Translations under genes and position numbers: made by a program | Shown: positions 19,250 to 28,467 of the stretch, in pieces | Layout of the letters: each line of letters begins with the position of its first letter | Position numbering within the stretch: the first letter of the stretch is position 1 | From: Candidatus Latescibacterota bacterium | GTDB lineage: Bacteria; Latescibacterota; CBDEFO01 | Direction: 5' to 3' | DNA length: 64,000 nt | Assembly: GCA_965248755.1 (NCBI GenBank) | Contig: OZ252149.1 | Coordinates: 544,001-608,000, forward strand | The notes under the pieces: model-generated | Databases searched by the model: none | What the model was told of the DNA's origin: nothing | The model's input: only the letters and a program-made list of their open reading frames with translations

Positions 19250-20128
19250 CTACTCGATAAAGATAGGCTGAGTCCACGCCATCGCTCCGCCGGAGCCGTA
19301 GCACTCAGCCCTGACATAGACCAGCTCGTCTGGTTCTATATTTTTAAACTCAGAGATCGAAAACGAAGCATGAGGAGCATCTACGGTGGAGCGAATCGCG
19401 CCGTATCTTGTTATAAAGCGTATCCTCTGGCAGTTCTCCGTAGAGACAAAGATCGTATCTCCATCCACCCTAAAATCCCTGATCTCCACACCTGTGGATG
19501 AGTAGAATGACCCATTCCTTATCGCCTCCAATATTCCTTCCAGGCTATTATCGTTCGTCTTGACCACAATCCACGCCTTCTCCACGTCACCGGGAATGTG
19601 TGAATCGTCATTGGCGAATCCCCATGTCCTCCTTCGCAGAGATAACAACATATCCCATTTGTCCGTCGCAAGGGAAACCCCCGGTTCGCGCTCGATCACT
19701 CCGTTGTAGATCTCTATCCCTGCATAGCCATCTAAAGTCCGCATCAACTCATGTGGGCAATGATTGAAAGCTTCCTGCCAATTCGGGTGATTCAGGATAG
19801 CCATCGCCCCCTGAGCGTTTATTTTTTCGATCACAACCTGCCTGTCGGAATCTGGCTGGATCCTCTCTTTCGTCCCCACATGAAGGATGTGAGGACCGTT
19901 AGCAGTGACTTCCACACCCGGAATTAGCGTCATCTTCGTAAGACTCTGATAATCCTCAGGCTTTACCAGTCTATCGTGATCTGAAATAGACAAAAAATCG
20001 TATCCCCGCTGATCATAATCGGCGATAACCTCCTCAGGAGGACGACTGCCATCGCTCAGCGTCGTATGCGTATGCAGATTTCCCTTTAACCAACGCCCAC
20101 CTTCGATGTAAGAACTGACAAGTTTCAT
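19250..20128 (-). CDS. PHP-domain (CehA/McbA-like) metallohydrolase
   Basis: WLKGNLHTHTTLSDG, ISDHD, NHPNW, ANDDSH, YVRAEC..AWTQP. Confidence 0.8.
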   Translation of the reverse strand: MKLVSSYIEGGRWLKGNLHTHTTLSDGSRPPEEVIADYDQRGYDFLSISDHDRLVKPEDYQSLTKMTLIPGVEVTANGPHILHVGTKERIQPDSDRQVVIEKINAQGAMAILNHPNWQEAFNHCPHELMRTLDGYAGIEIYNGVIEREPGVSLATDKWDMLLSLRRRTWGFANDDSHIPGDVEKAWIVVKTNDNSLEGILEAIRNGSFYSSTGVEIRDFRVDGDTIFVSTENCQRIRFITRYGAIRSTVDAPHASFSISEFKNIEPDELVYVRAECYGSGGAMAWTQPIFIE

Positions 20129-20222
20129 CTTAATAGCATTTACCTGTGATTAAGGTTTGTAAGAATGCTTGGATTGACTCGTATCGGGGAGAATATTTGG
20201 CTTTCTAATAGCAAATAATATA

Positions 20223-20468
20223 CTACCTGGCAGTGTCAAATTTCCTCTTACTCGCATGAAGAAGCGTCACCACTATTACCTCTGCCTTTTCGTACCTGAT
20301 AATAATATAATCATCGGTAAGCTCACTTTCATCAGCGTGACGTGACTTTTTGAAGTTTAGATACACTACATCCGCTCCCTCGTCATAGCTGTACCAGATC
20401 CGCTTAAAAGGTATGTTTAACAGTTGAGGAACAGCGTTTAGAATATCTTTAATTTCTACTGTGGCCAT
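20223..20468 (-). CDS. DUF2283-like small protein (toxin-antitoxin-associated)
   Basis: YSYDEGADVVYLNFKK..ADESELTDDYIIIRY; a short partner-gene remnant (FYTRRID*IQRRTRLWPQ*) overlaps its start. Confidence 0.65.
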   Translation of the reverse strand: MATVEIKDILNAVPQLLNIPFKRIWYSYDEGADVVYLNFKKSRHADESELTDDYIIIRYEKAEVIVVTLLHASKRKFDTAR

Positions 20469-20517
20469 AATCTTGTCCTTCTTTGGATCTAGTCAATTCT
20501 CCTCGTATAAAAAGGTA

Positions 20518-21348
20518 TTAGATGGCTTTCACTTTTTCTTTTCTGAAAGGCATTTTGTTATAAACTGCCTTTACAGACTCATCGGTATCAAGCAATAATT
20601 GATTTGGACAATAATGAGTCTGATCTAACAACGTTCCTTGTCCGTATCCTTTTTCATCTTCAACAAAACCTAAGAAATGAATTCTTTCCTGTATATTCTT
20701 TGCAGCCCGAAGAGGATTATCATTCTCAAATATCCCTTCGATAGGTTTGCCGTTCCAGCAATTTACCCATCTATTCTTAGATGCTAACCCAGACTTTCCC
20801 TGTGCAATTTCATCATAATCAAAAACATCGCCACCGCCATCAAGATAGCCTCTCATATCAACCAAGATTAGACTAAAAACATTGTCTGAAATAGGAGGGA
20901 ATTTAATAGGCTTATCGTTTGAGTACACCTTTTCCCCTACTTTTTCTTGAAGCTTGATAATCTCACCCTCCACGCTTTGCCTTTTATCCTCTGCATCAGA
21001 CCGTAGAAGGGTAGTGGACAATAGTCCTTCATCTTTTGTTGCACGCTTTACGGCATCACTTATATTTATGCTTACAAGCTCGATCAACCATGAAGAATCA
21101 TCTTTAATTCTAAAATCCACAGTGGAGTTTTTCATACCAGCTTTATGTTCATAGTCAGCCGATAATCCTAAATGATACAGTTCCGCTGCAAACCGTAATT
21201 CGAAAAGAAGCGGTTTAGTTTCTTTACAAATTCCACCCCCTTTTTCAATTTTTTTGATCAAGGGTTGGACCCATGGGCAATATTTCAAATCAATGAGAAG
21301 GCATAAACAATAATCCCGTTCCTCTTTTGTTAGAAAATCAGTCCACAT
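20518..21348 (-). CDS. Hypothetical protein, AT-rich gene, possible PD-(D/E)xK-like fold
   Basis: 276-aa ORF visibly more AT-rich than its neighbours; FELRF..YEH..VDFRI..WLIELVS pattern. Confidence 0.6.
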   Translation of the reverse strand: MWTDFLTKEERDYCLCLLIDLKYCPWVQPLIKKIEKGGGICKETKPLLFELRFAAELYHLGLSADYEHKAGMKNSTVDFRIKDDSSWLIELVSINISDAVKRATKDEGLLSTTLLRSDAEDKRQSVEGEIIKLQEKVGEKVYSNDKPIKFPPISDNVFSLILVDMRGYLDGGGDVFDYDEIAQGKSGLASKNRWVNCWNGKPIEGIFENDNPLRAAKNIQERIHFLGFVEDEKGYGQGTLLDQTHYCPNQLLLDTDESVKAVYNKMPFRKEKVKAI

Positions 21349-21382
21349 GTCTTTTATCTATTAGGGCTTGCGTTTTCTATAG

Positions 21383-22276
21383 CTAACCATTGAGCAGAGA
21401 AGGCATTTTGCTGTTGCACAAGATATCCCCCAAAGTAAATGCGAAATAGAGGATGCTGACAATTCCGTTCATATTGAAAAAGGCGACATTTACCTTAGAC
21501 AGATCATCGGACTTTACAAGGCTATGTTCGTAGATCAAGACTGCCCCGACGATTATCACCCCTGCAAGATAGATACTGCTCAGCCCTAACAGAGCCTTGA
21601 TAGATAAAAGCAAAAACAGCGAGATTATATGAAATATGCGCGCTGTTATTAGTGCCCATCTGATTCCAAATCTCTGAGGGATGGAGCAGAGCTTATTGGA
21701 AGTGTCAAACTCGTAGTCCTGACAGGCGTATATAACGTCGAAGCCCGAAACCCACATCAGAACCGCGAGACCCAATATAAGCGGCGCGGCGTCCAGAGTG
21801 CCCGTTACAGCTATCCAAGCTCCTATGGGGGCAAGGCTCAACGATAAGCCCAAAAAAAGGTGAGTCGCCCAGGTGTACCTTTTCGTATAAGAGTAAAGAA
21901 AGACAATAGCCAAAGCCAGAGGCGATAGATAGAAACACAACGGATTCAGGTTGTATGCCGAAAATACCAACACCAGCGACGAAAGAACGACAAATATCCC
22001 CACGGCGGGAGGCGACAGGAGTCCCTGCGGCAGTTCCCGATTGCGAGTTCTGGGATTTACTTCATCTATCCTTCTGTCCACCAGACGGTTGAATCCCATC
22101 GCCGCGCTCCTCGCTCCCACCATAGCTAAAACTATCCAGAACACCTGCTGTGAACTTATACCCACTTTTGCCGCCGCCAAAACTGCCCCAGATAAGGCAA
22201 AGGGGAGCGCAAAGACGCTGTGGGAGAACTTGATCATCCTACCGTAGGTGACTATAGTATTCGTCAGCCTGTTCAT
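21383..22276 (-). CDS. mqnP: UbiA-family prenyltransferase, menaquinone MqnP type
   Basis: IKFSHSVFALPFA, ARSAAMGFNRLVDRRID..NPRT, YSYTKR, GFDVIYACQD, AFFNMNG. Confidence 0.9.
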   Translation of the reverse strand: MNRLTNTIVTYGRMIKFSHSVFALPFALSGAVLAAAKVGISSQQVFWIVLAMVGARSAAMGFNRLVDRRIDEVNPRTRNRELPQGLLSPPAVGIFVVLSSLVLVFSAYNLNPLCFYLSPLALAIVFLYSYTKRYTWATHLFLGLSLSLAPIGAWIAVTGTLDAAPLILGLAVLMWVSGFDVIYACQDYEFDTSNKLCSIPQRFGIRWALITARIFHIISLFLLLSIKALLGLSSIYLAGVIIVGAVLIYEHSLVKSDDLSKVNVAFFNMNGIVSILYFAFTLGDILCNSKMPSLLNG

Positions 22277-22411
22277 CACTTTTGTAACCGATCTGCCGAA
22301 GTTCCAAGCACACTTACCAGTAGGCCTGTTGGATTGTAGTCCGGAGGCATCCCACAACGCAGGCCAATCCTGCATTATCCTGAGGGAAGCAGGGCCTATG
22401 ATCCATGATTT

Positions 22412-23632
22412 TCAGGTCGATAGAGGTTCGATCATCTTCTGTTCAACCGATTCAACTAAATATTCGTAAGGATCTTTCACTGTTCTACCGTCTAAACCTA
22501 TGGCAATCATACTCGCTGCTTTGCCCTTCCGTATGCTCCCTACATTCTTATCCAGCCCCAAAGCCGTAGCTCCGTTCAACGTTGCCATCTCCACAATCCT
22601 TTGCGGCGCTACGTCCGGATACAATTCGTGCATAGCCTTCATCTCGTTGAACAGATTCAGGTCTTCCACGCTGGCAAGGCTGTCCGTCCCTATACAGACG
22701 TTTATATTAGCATCCATAAACCGACCGAGGGGGGCCACGCCGACCCTCAAGTTCCTGTTGCTGCGGGGGCACAGACACACGCTCACTTTCCTTTTCTTTA
22801 ATATCTCGATATCCTCATCTGTAGGATGCACAACGTGCACAGCCAGCGTCTGAAAGTCCCAGAAATTCAGCTTATCCAAATATTGCACTGGAGTGGTTTC
22901 GGGGATCTCCCATTCACTGTCCCATGCGCCTGCGAACTGGAGGAATCTCTTGAATCTGCCCTGTCCCGTATCTATAAAAAGAATCTCCTCCTCTGACTCG
23001 CAAAGGTGAACAGTCCTGATCTGATCACGCTCCCTTATTTGTCTGAAAAGCTGAGGTGAGACAGAGTAGGGAGCGTGCGGACTCAGAGCATATTTTAGGC
23101 GTTTGCTTTCGGGAAAGTCGCTAAGAAGCTCCGTGCCCTTTTGAAAAACCTCTTCCGCCTTATCTTCAGCAAATCCGATCAATTCGTGGAAAATTACGCC
23201 TGTAAGCCGGCTTTTGTATATCAAAGGGACAGAAGACCCCGTATTAGTCACGTCACCAATAGCCACAGTCCCCGTAGAGATCACTTCGCCGATAGCCTGC
23301 TCTATGGCCTCTTCATCCTTTTCCGGGCTGCGCCTCCACCTTTTTAGTACGAGCTTCTTAATCCAATCGACGAAATCCCCTTCGTTTCTTATCTCTCCTT
23401 TTAGAGAAGATAGCTCTAAATGCGTATGGGCGTTGACAAGACCCGGAAGGATAATCGTATCATCAAAGTCAGAAATTTCTCCGCCGTATGTCCCCAGTAT
23501 ATCCCGTCTCTTTCCAAAATCCAGGATAGTCGAATCGCGAATAACTACGGCTCCGTCCTCTATCGGCAGAGTCGCGACGGGCAGCACCCACTTGGCGGTG
23601 TAAATCTGTTCGATCTGTTCCGAGATCTCTAT
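22412..23632 (-). CDS. Amidohydrolase, probable aminofutalosine deaminase
   Basis: PGLVNAHTHLE, PHAPYS, VHLCES, CPRSN, GTDSLAS; lies inside the mqn operon; frame extends upstream through IYTAKWVLP to an ATA at 23632. Confidence 0.8.
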   Translation of the reverse strand: MEISEQIEQIYTAKWVLPVATLPIEDGAVVIRDSTILDFGKRRDILGTYGGEISDFDDTIILPGLVNAHTHLELSSLKGEIRNEGDFVDWIKKLVLKRWRRSPEKDEEAIEQAIGEVISTGTVAIGDVTNTGSSVPLIYKSRLTGVIFHELIGFAEDKAEEVFQKGTELLSDFPESKRLKYALSPHAPYSVSPQLFRQIRERDQIRTVHLCESEEEILFIDTGQGRFKRFLQFAGAWDSEWEIPETTPVQYLDKLNFWDFQTLAVHVVHPTDEDIEILKKRKVSVCLCPRSNRNLRVGVAPLGRFMDANINVCIGTDSLASVEDLNLFNEMKAMHELYPDVAPQRIVEMATLNGATALGLDKNVGSIRKGKAASMIAIGLDGRTVKDPYEYLVESVEQKMIEPLST

Positions 23633-23640
23633 GGAACTCC

Positions 23641-24453
23641 TTACCTGTTGTAAAACCTGATTTCGGGCATCCGTTCCCCGGTTAAATCGGGGATCAACCC
23701 CAGACCGCTACTATACCTAAAAAACTCTCTAAGTCCCTCAATCTCTCTGTCACCGAGGATGTAATTTATCTTATTTTTTAGATAATCCTTGTAAACCTCC
23801 GATGATCCGGGATGATTCTGGGCGTATTCGGAGGATATTTCGTCTATATGACCAGTTCCGACTTCTGCAGCCTGAATCAACGTTTGAACACTCTCTTGAG
23901 ACAGAGCGTCCCTGCGTCCCGACCAGAAGGCGTAGACAAAGGGGAGTCCCGTAAGCTCCGTCCACTCGTCTCCCATATCGAGTCTTGGGATCTCAGCCAG
24001 ACTGTCCAACACACTGTCTCCAATCATCAACGCTGCATCGGCTTTCTCGAGCATAGAATCCAGGTCAGGACGGCATCGTATAAAATGAGGCTCTATCCCG
24101 TATTTTTCCTTTAAAACGATCTTCGTCAACGCTTCAGACGATCTCGAATTTCTGTCAACCGCCACAGTTTTGATCTTGCCAATCTGTTCAATCTGTGGGG
24201 CAAAAAACCCCACGCTCGCTACAGGACCATACGAAGATATGCATATTTGGGGGACTATATGATAAGGGTCGGGACTCCTGGCGTACTCAATAGAAGGTAT
24301 CAGGCCCACTTCGGTCTCGCCGCGCGCAAGTTTATCCGAACAGGCGGATGGAACGTCGAAGATAATCTGGAAGTCGTGACTGATCAGGCATCTTTCTAAA
24401 GCGTATAAAAGCGGCTTGGAATTTAGAAAACTTACAGCGCCTAAGACTGGCAT
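23641..24453 (-). CDS. mqnA: Chorismate dehydratase
   Basis: GAVSFLNSKPL, PSIEY, SRSS, LMIGD, DMGDEWTELTGLPFVYAFW. Confidence 0.92.
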   Translation of the reverse strand: MPVLGAVSFLNSKPLLYALERCLISHDFQIIFDVPSACSDKLARGETEVGLIPSIEYARSPDPYHIVPQICISSYGPVASVGFFAPQIEQIGKIKTVAVDRNSRSSEALTKIVLKEKYGIEPHFIRCRPDLDSMLEKADAALMIGDSVLDSLAEIPRLDMGDEWTELTGLPFVYAFWSGRRDALSQESVQTLIQAAEVGTGHIDEISSEYAQNHPGSSEVYKDYLKNKINYILGDREIEGLREFFRYSSGLGLIPDLTGERMPEIRFYNR

Positions 24454-25559
24454 CGCTCCTCGGAAGAATCTAATATCTGATATTTCGTATTCCTGCGGCG
24501 CGGCTCATAACCCGCATCAGTTATAAGATGATGTATCTTCTCAATCGACATTTGGAATCTGGTTCCTGCCGCACTCACCACGTTCTCCTCCATCATTGTG
24601 CTGCCGAAGTCGTTGACCCCGTACTTAAGCCCGATCTGAGCTATCTTCTCCCCTTGCGTTACCCACGACGCCTGAAAGTTGTCTATATTATCCAGCATAA
24701 GGCGTGCGACAGCTATGGTCCTCAGATAATCGTAGCCGGTGGCCTTCTTTCCGTTCCAGCCGCCGCTCCGGGCAAGCTCGGTTTCGTCCGGCTGAAAGCT
24801 CCACGCTATAAACGCCGTGAAACCTCCCGCTTCGTCCTGAAGCTCCCTTATCCTCAGAAGGTGCTCCACGCGCTGTTCGTCGGTCTCGACCGACCCGTAC
24901 ATCATAGTCGCAGTCGTCCTTATACTTAAATTGTGCGCCGTTTGATGCACCTCCAGCCACTGTTGGGTCGTATCCTTCCTGAAGGCTATCTGGTCCCGAA
25001 CATCGTCGGATAAAATCTCCGCCCCTGCTCCGGGGATAGAATCCAGGCCTGCGTCCCTTAGCCTCTCTATCGTCTCTTTTATAGCAAGGCGCGAGATATG
25101 GGCTATATATATAATCTCCGTGGCTGAAAGAGAATGTATGTGCACGGGGAAGCGCTCCTTGATGGAGCTTAGCAGATCCTCATAGTAATCTATCCTCAAC
25201 TTGGGGTTGAGTCCGCCCTGCATCAGGATTTCACATGAGTAGGGCTCGGCCCCCCCTACATCTACCAACTCCTGGATCTTGTCGAATATCTGTTCCTTTG
25301 AGAGCAGATATCCCTCATCAGATCCGGGCGGGCGGTAGAAGGCGCAGAAAGAACATCTCACCCAGCAAACGTTCGTATAGTTGATGTTCCGACCAATATT
25401 AAAGGTCACCATCTTGGCGGGATGCTTCTTGTGCCTTATATAATCGGCTAACATTCCCAACTCAGGCAGGTTGTGATGCTTAAACAACCTGATGCCGTCT
25501 TTAAATTCCAATCTCTCTTGGGAGAAGACCTTTTCTGCTATATCTGAAATGCCTTTCAT
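24441..25559 (-). CDS. mqnC: Cyclic dehypoxanthine futalosine synthase (radical SAM)
   Basis: RNINYTNVCWVRCSFCAFYR, LMQGGLNP, PGAGAEIL, QASWVTQG, NDFGSTMMEENVVSAAG; start ATG at 25559. Confidence 0.92.
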   Translation of the reverse strand: MKGISDIAEKVFSQERLEFKDGIRLFKHHNLPELGMLADYIRHKKHPAKMVTFNIGRNINYTNVCWVRCSFCAFYRPPGSDEGYLLSKEQIFDKIQELVDVGGAEPYSCEILMQGGLNPKLRIDYYEDLLSSIKERFPVHIHSLSATEIIYIAHISRLAIKETIERLRDAGLDSIPGAGAEILSDDVRDQIAFRKDTTQQWLEVHQTAHNLSIRTTATMMYGSVETDEQRVEHLLRIRELQDEAGGFTAFIAWSFQPDETELARSGGWNGKKATGYDYLRTIAVARLMLDNIDNFQASWVTQGEKIAQIGLKYGVNDFGSTMMEENVVSAAGTRFQMSIEKIHHLITDAGYEPRRRNTKYQILDSSEERCQS

Positions 25560-25591
25560 ATCTATAGGCCTTATATAGTAGACATCAAAAA

Positions 25592-25652
25592 GTAGGGTCA
25601 GACGCACGTGTCTGCCCTGAAACTTTGGGCGAACACATGGGTTCGCCCCTAC
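25592..25652. repeat. GTAG-type REP doublet between mqnE and mqnC
   Basis: GTAGGGTCAGACGCACGTGTCTGCCC ... GGGCGAACACATGGGTTCGCCCCTAC; its end overlaps the mqnE stop. Confidence 0.75.
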
Positions 25653-26746
25653 ATTCTGTCTACTGGTTCATTGATCACATTATACATAGGATCACGCTCA
25701 GTTGGTTCACGTCCCGCCTCTGTTATCATATCTATCAACTGCTCCCGCGTTAGTGCCTGTTCTTTTCGTCCATCCTCCGGCCGGGTGATCTCGTACTCCA
25801 CAATCGTCCCGTCTATATCGTCTGCTCCGTACCACAGTGAGAGCTGAGCCACCTCGGGAGTTATCATAATCCAGAACGATTTTACGTGATCAAAATTATC
25901 CAACATCAGACGGGCTAAAGCCACCTCCCTTAAGTCCATACATCCCGTCGGGCCCGGAAGATGGTCCAGCTCGGTGTTTTCAGGATGGAAGGACAGTGGT
26001 ATAAAGCTCAAAAATCCCCCCGTCTCGTCCTGAAGTTCCCGGAGTTTAATCAGATGCTCCACCTTCTCCTCAGGATACTCCATATGTCCGTAGAGTATCG
26101 TAGCGTTGGACTTCAATCCCACCTGATGCACAGAACGAGCCATACTGAGCCATTCGTCCGCCCCTATCTTCAGCGGAAAGAGCTCCTCATGCACGCGCTC
26201 TGTCATTACCTCTGCTCCACCTCCGGGGACAGCGTCCATGCCCGCCTCTTTAAGCTCTAAGAGCGTCTCCTCCAGTGGTTTTTTGGCCACTCGCTCTATC
26301 TGGACGAGTTCCACCATTGTAAAGGCTTTCAGATACGCATCGGGCCGAATCTGCTTGATCGCCCTCAAAATATCCAGATAGTACTCGTACGGCAGTTTTG
26401 GATTGACGCCTCCCACCATGTGTATCTCCATGATAGGGACGTCTATATGTTCTAATAGCTTGGCCTGAATCTCCTCCGGTGAAAGCGTATAGGCGTTTTC
26501 ACCTTTCGGCACATCGTAGAACGAGCAGAACGTGCAGAATTTGTTGCACACATTTGTGTAGTTGATATGTTGATTCCTGACGTAGTAAGCCCTGTTGCCG
26601 TTCTTACGTTCCCGTACGATGTTAGCCAGATACCCGACGGCGCTTAAATCGTCCGACCTATAGAGCTGGGCACCGTCGTCGAACGAAAGCCGCTCTCCCC
26701 CCATCACCTTTTTGTATATATCCCCTAGTCCGGCCCCTTCTATCAT
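25649..26746 (-). CDS. mqnE: Aminofutalosine synthase (radical SAM)
   Basis: NQHINYTNVCNKFCTFCSF, EIHMVGG, LKAFTMVE, NATILYGH, FDHVKSFWIM, GADDIDGTIVEYEI; exact start uncertain. Confidence 0.9.
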   Translation of the reverse strand: MIEGAGLGDIYKKVMGGERLSFDDGAQLYRSDDLSAVGYLANIVRERKNGNRAYYVRNQHINYTNVCNKFCTFCSFYDVPKGENAYTLSPEEIQAKLLEHIDVPIMEIHMVGGVNPKLPYEYYLDILRAIKQIRPDAYLKAFTMVELVQIERVAKKPLEETLLELKEAGMDAVPGGGAEVMTERVHEELFPLKIGADEWLSMARSVHQVGLKSNATILYGHMEYPEEKVEHLIKLRELQDETGGFLSFIPLSFHPENTELDHLPGPTGCMDLREVALARLMLDNFDHVKSFWIMITPEVAQLSLWYGADDIDGTIVEYEITRPEDGRKEQALTREQLIDMITEAGREPTERDPMYNVINEPVDRM

Positions 26747-26769
26747 TCTTTCCCCGATTAAATCGGGGA

Positions 26770-28212
26770 TCAGATTCCCAGTTGTTCCCATATTTGATCT
26801 ATCCTATCCTTTACCTCCCTGGACATTTCCATCACATCTGGCCACTCCCTCAGAAAACCCTCATCCTTCCACTTCCTCGTAGCGTCAATGCCCATCTTCG
26901 TACCATAGTCCGGAAGCTGTGTCGCAAAGTCCAGAACGTCAGCGGGACCCTCGCCAAATACCACATCCCGCTTGGGATCTATATGAGTCCCAACCTTCCA
27001 TACCACCTCCTTCAAGTCCTGAACATCGCAATCCTTATCCACCACTATGATCACCTTCGTAAACATCAACTGTCCTAAACCCCAGAGGGCGTGCATCACC
27101 TTCTTGGCGTGTCCCGGGTATCTCTTGTCCATGGAGACTATCGCCAGATTGTGGAAGATGCCCTCTATAGGCAAATGCATGTCCACTATCTCCGGAATAC
27201 TCGTTTTGACCAGCGGCAGGAAGAGCCGTTCTGTAGCCTTTCCCAGATAGGCATCCTCCATAGGAGGAGGTCCTACGATTATGGTCGGATATATGGGGTC
27301 ACGCTTGTGCGTAACACAAGTCAGATGAAAGACTGGATAATCGTCCTCCATCGAGTAGTACCCGGTGTGATCTCCGAATGGACCCTCAAGTCTCCGCTCG
27401 CCTGGCTCTGCGTATCCCTCGAACACGATCTGAGCGTTTGCAGGCACCTCTAAATCCACAGTCTTGCACTTTACAAGCTCCACTCGCTTCCTGCGCAGAA
27501 ATCCCGCAAACATAAACTCATCTATCTCATCCGGAAGCGGCGCAGTTGCGGCATACAAGGTAGCAGGGTCAGGCCCGAGGACAATTGCCACCTCAAGCCG
27601 CTGCCCTAACTCCTCGGCCACCCTGTAGTGTTGCGCTCCACCCTTGTGCCTCTGCCAGTGGGCCCCGAGGGTGCGTTCGTCGAAGACCTGAAACCTGTAC
27701 ATCCCCACATTGCGCGTACCCAAGGTCGGATGCTTTGTAATCACCTGAGGCAACGTAATATATCGTCCCCCATCCCCGGGCCAGCACTTGATGATAGGGA
27801 ACTTGTCGAATGAGGGATTCTCGGTTTCAACCACCTCCTGACATGCCCCTTTACTCACCAGCTTGGCGGCAAGGTCGCCCAAACGCTTCAACTTGGGGAG
27901 CATCTCCAGCTTTCCGATGAGCGTGGCAGGCATCTTCGGCTCCAGAAGCTCCTTTATCTCCCCGGCTATCGTCTCCAAACTGTCGGACTCCAGCGCCAGT
28001 ACCATGCGCTCCATCGACCCGAACGTATTGATAAGCACAGGGACGCTGTGACCCTTTACATTAGTAAATAAAAGAGCTGGACCGGCATTCTTGACCGTTC
28101 GATCCGCTATCTCGCTGATCTCAAGCTCCGCGTCCACCTCCACGTCTATCACCTTAAGCTCATTTTTCTTCTTCAACGTCTCGACGAATTCGTTAAGGTC
28201 TTTGTAAGCCAT
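26770..28212 (-). CDS. Menaquinone biosynthesis decarboxylase (UbiD family)
   Basis: GPALLF, WPGDGGRYITLP, RNVGMYR, EGPFGDHTGYYS, PPMEDAYLG, KMGIDATRK. Confidence 0.93.
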   Translation of the reverse strand: MAYKDLNEFVETLKKKNELKVIDVEVDAELEISEIADRTVKNAGPALLFTNVKGHSVPVLINTFGSMERMVLALESDSLETIAGEIKELLEPKMPATLIGKLEMLPKLKRLGDLAAKLVSKGACQEVVETENPSFDKFPIIKCWPGDGGRYITLPQVITKHPTLGTRNVGMYRFQVFDERTLGAHWQRHKGGAQHYRVAEELGQRLEVAIVLGPDPATLYAATAPLPDEIDEFMFAGFLRRKRVELVKCKTVDLEVPANAQIVFEGYAEPGERRLEGPFGDHTGYYSMEDDYPVFHLTCVTHKRDPIYPTIIVGPPPMEDAYLGKATERLFLPLVKTSIPEIVDMHLPIEGIFHNLAIVSMDKRYPGHAKKVMHALWGLGQLMFTKVIIVVDKDCDVQDLKEVVWKVGTHIDPKRDVVFGEGPADVLDFATQLPDYGTKMGIDATRKWKDEGFLREWPDVMEMSREVKDRIDQIWEQLGI

Positions 28213-28467
28213 CTTTTATCCTCTCAAATCAAAACACATTGCTTTACATAACCAAATATAACGATTTTAATCGGGTTGTCAATCTTTTGTATCTACTTTA
28301 ATGCAAATTGGAGATTGTCAGGTATGCTGTTGTAGTAATGGAGAGGTAACCTCAAGCTTGTCCTCACGAAAGTGGGGAGCTGAACTAAATTGAAACTTTT
28401 TCTTGACATCTTTTTCGTCTCTCCTTATACTTGTGACTTGTGTCACAGGAAAAACACTTAGATTTAG

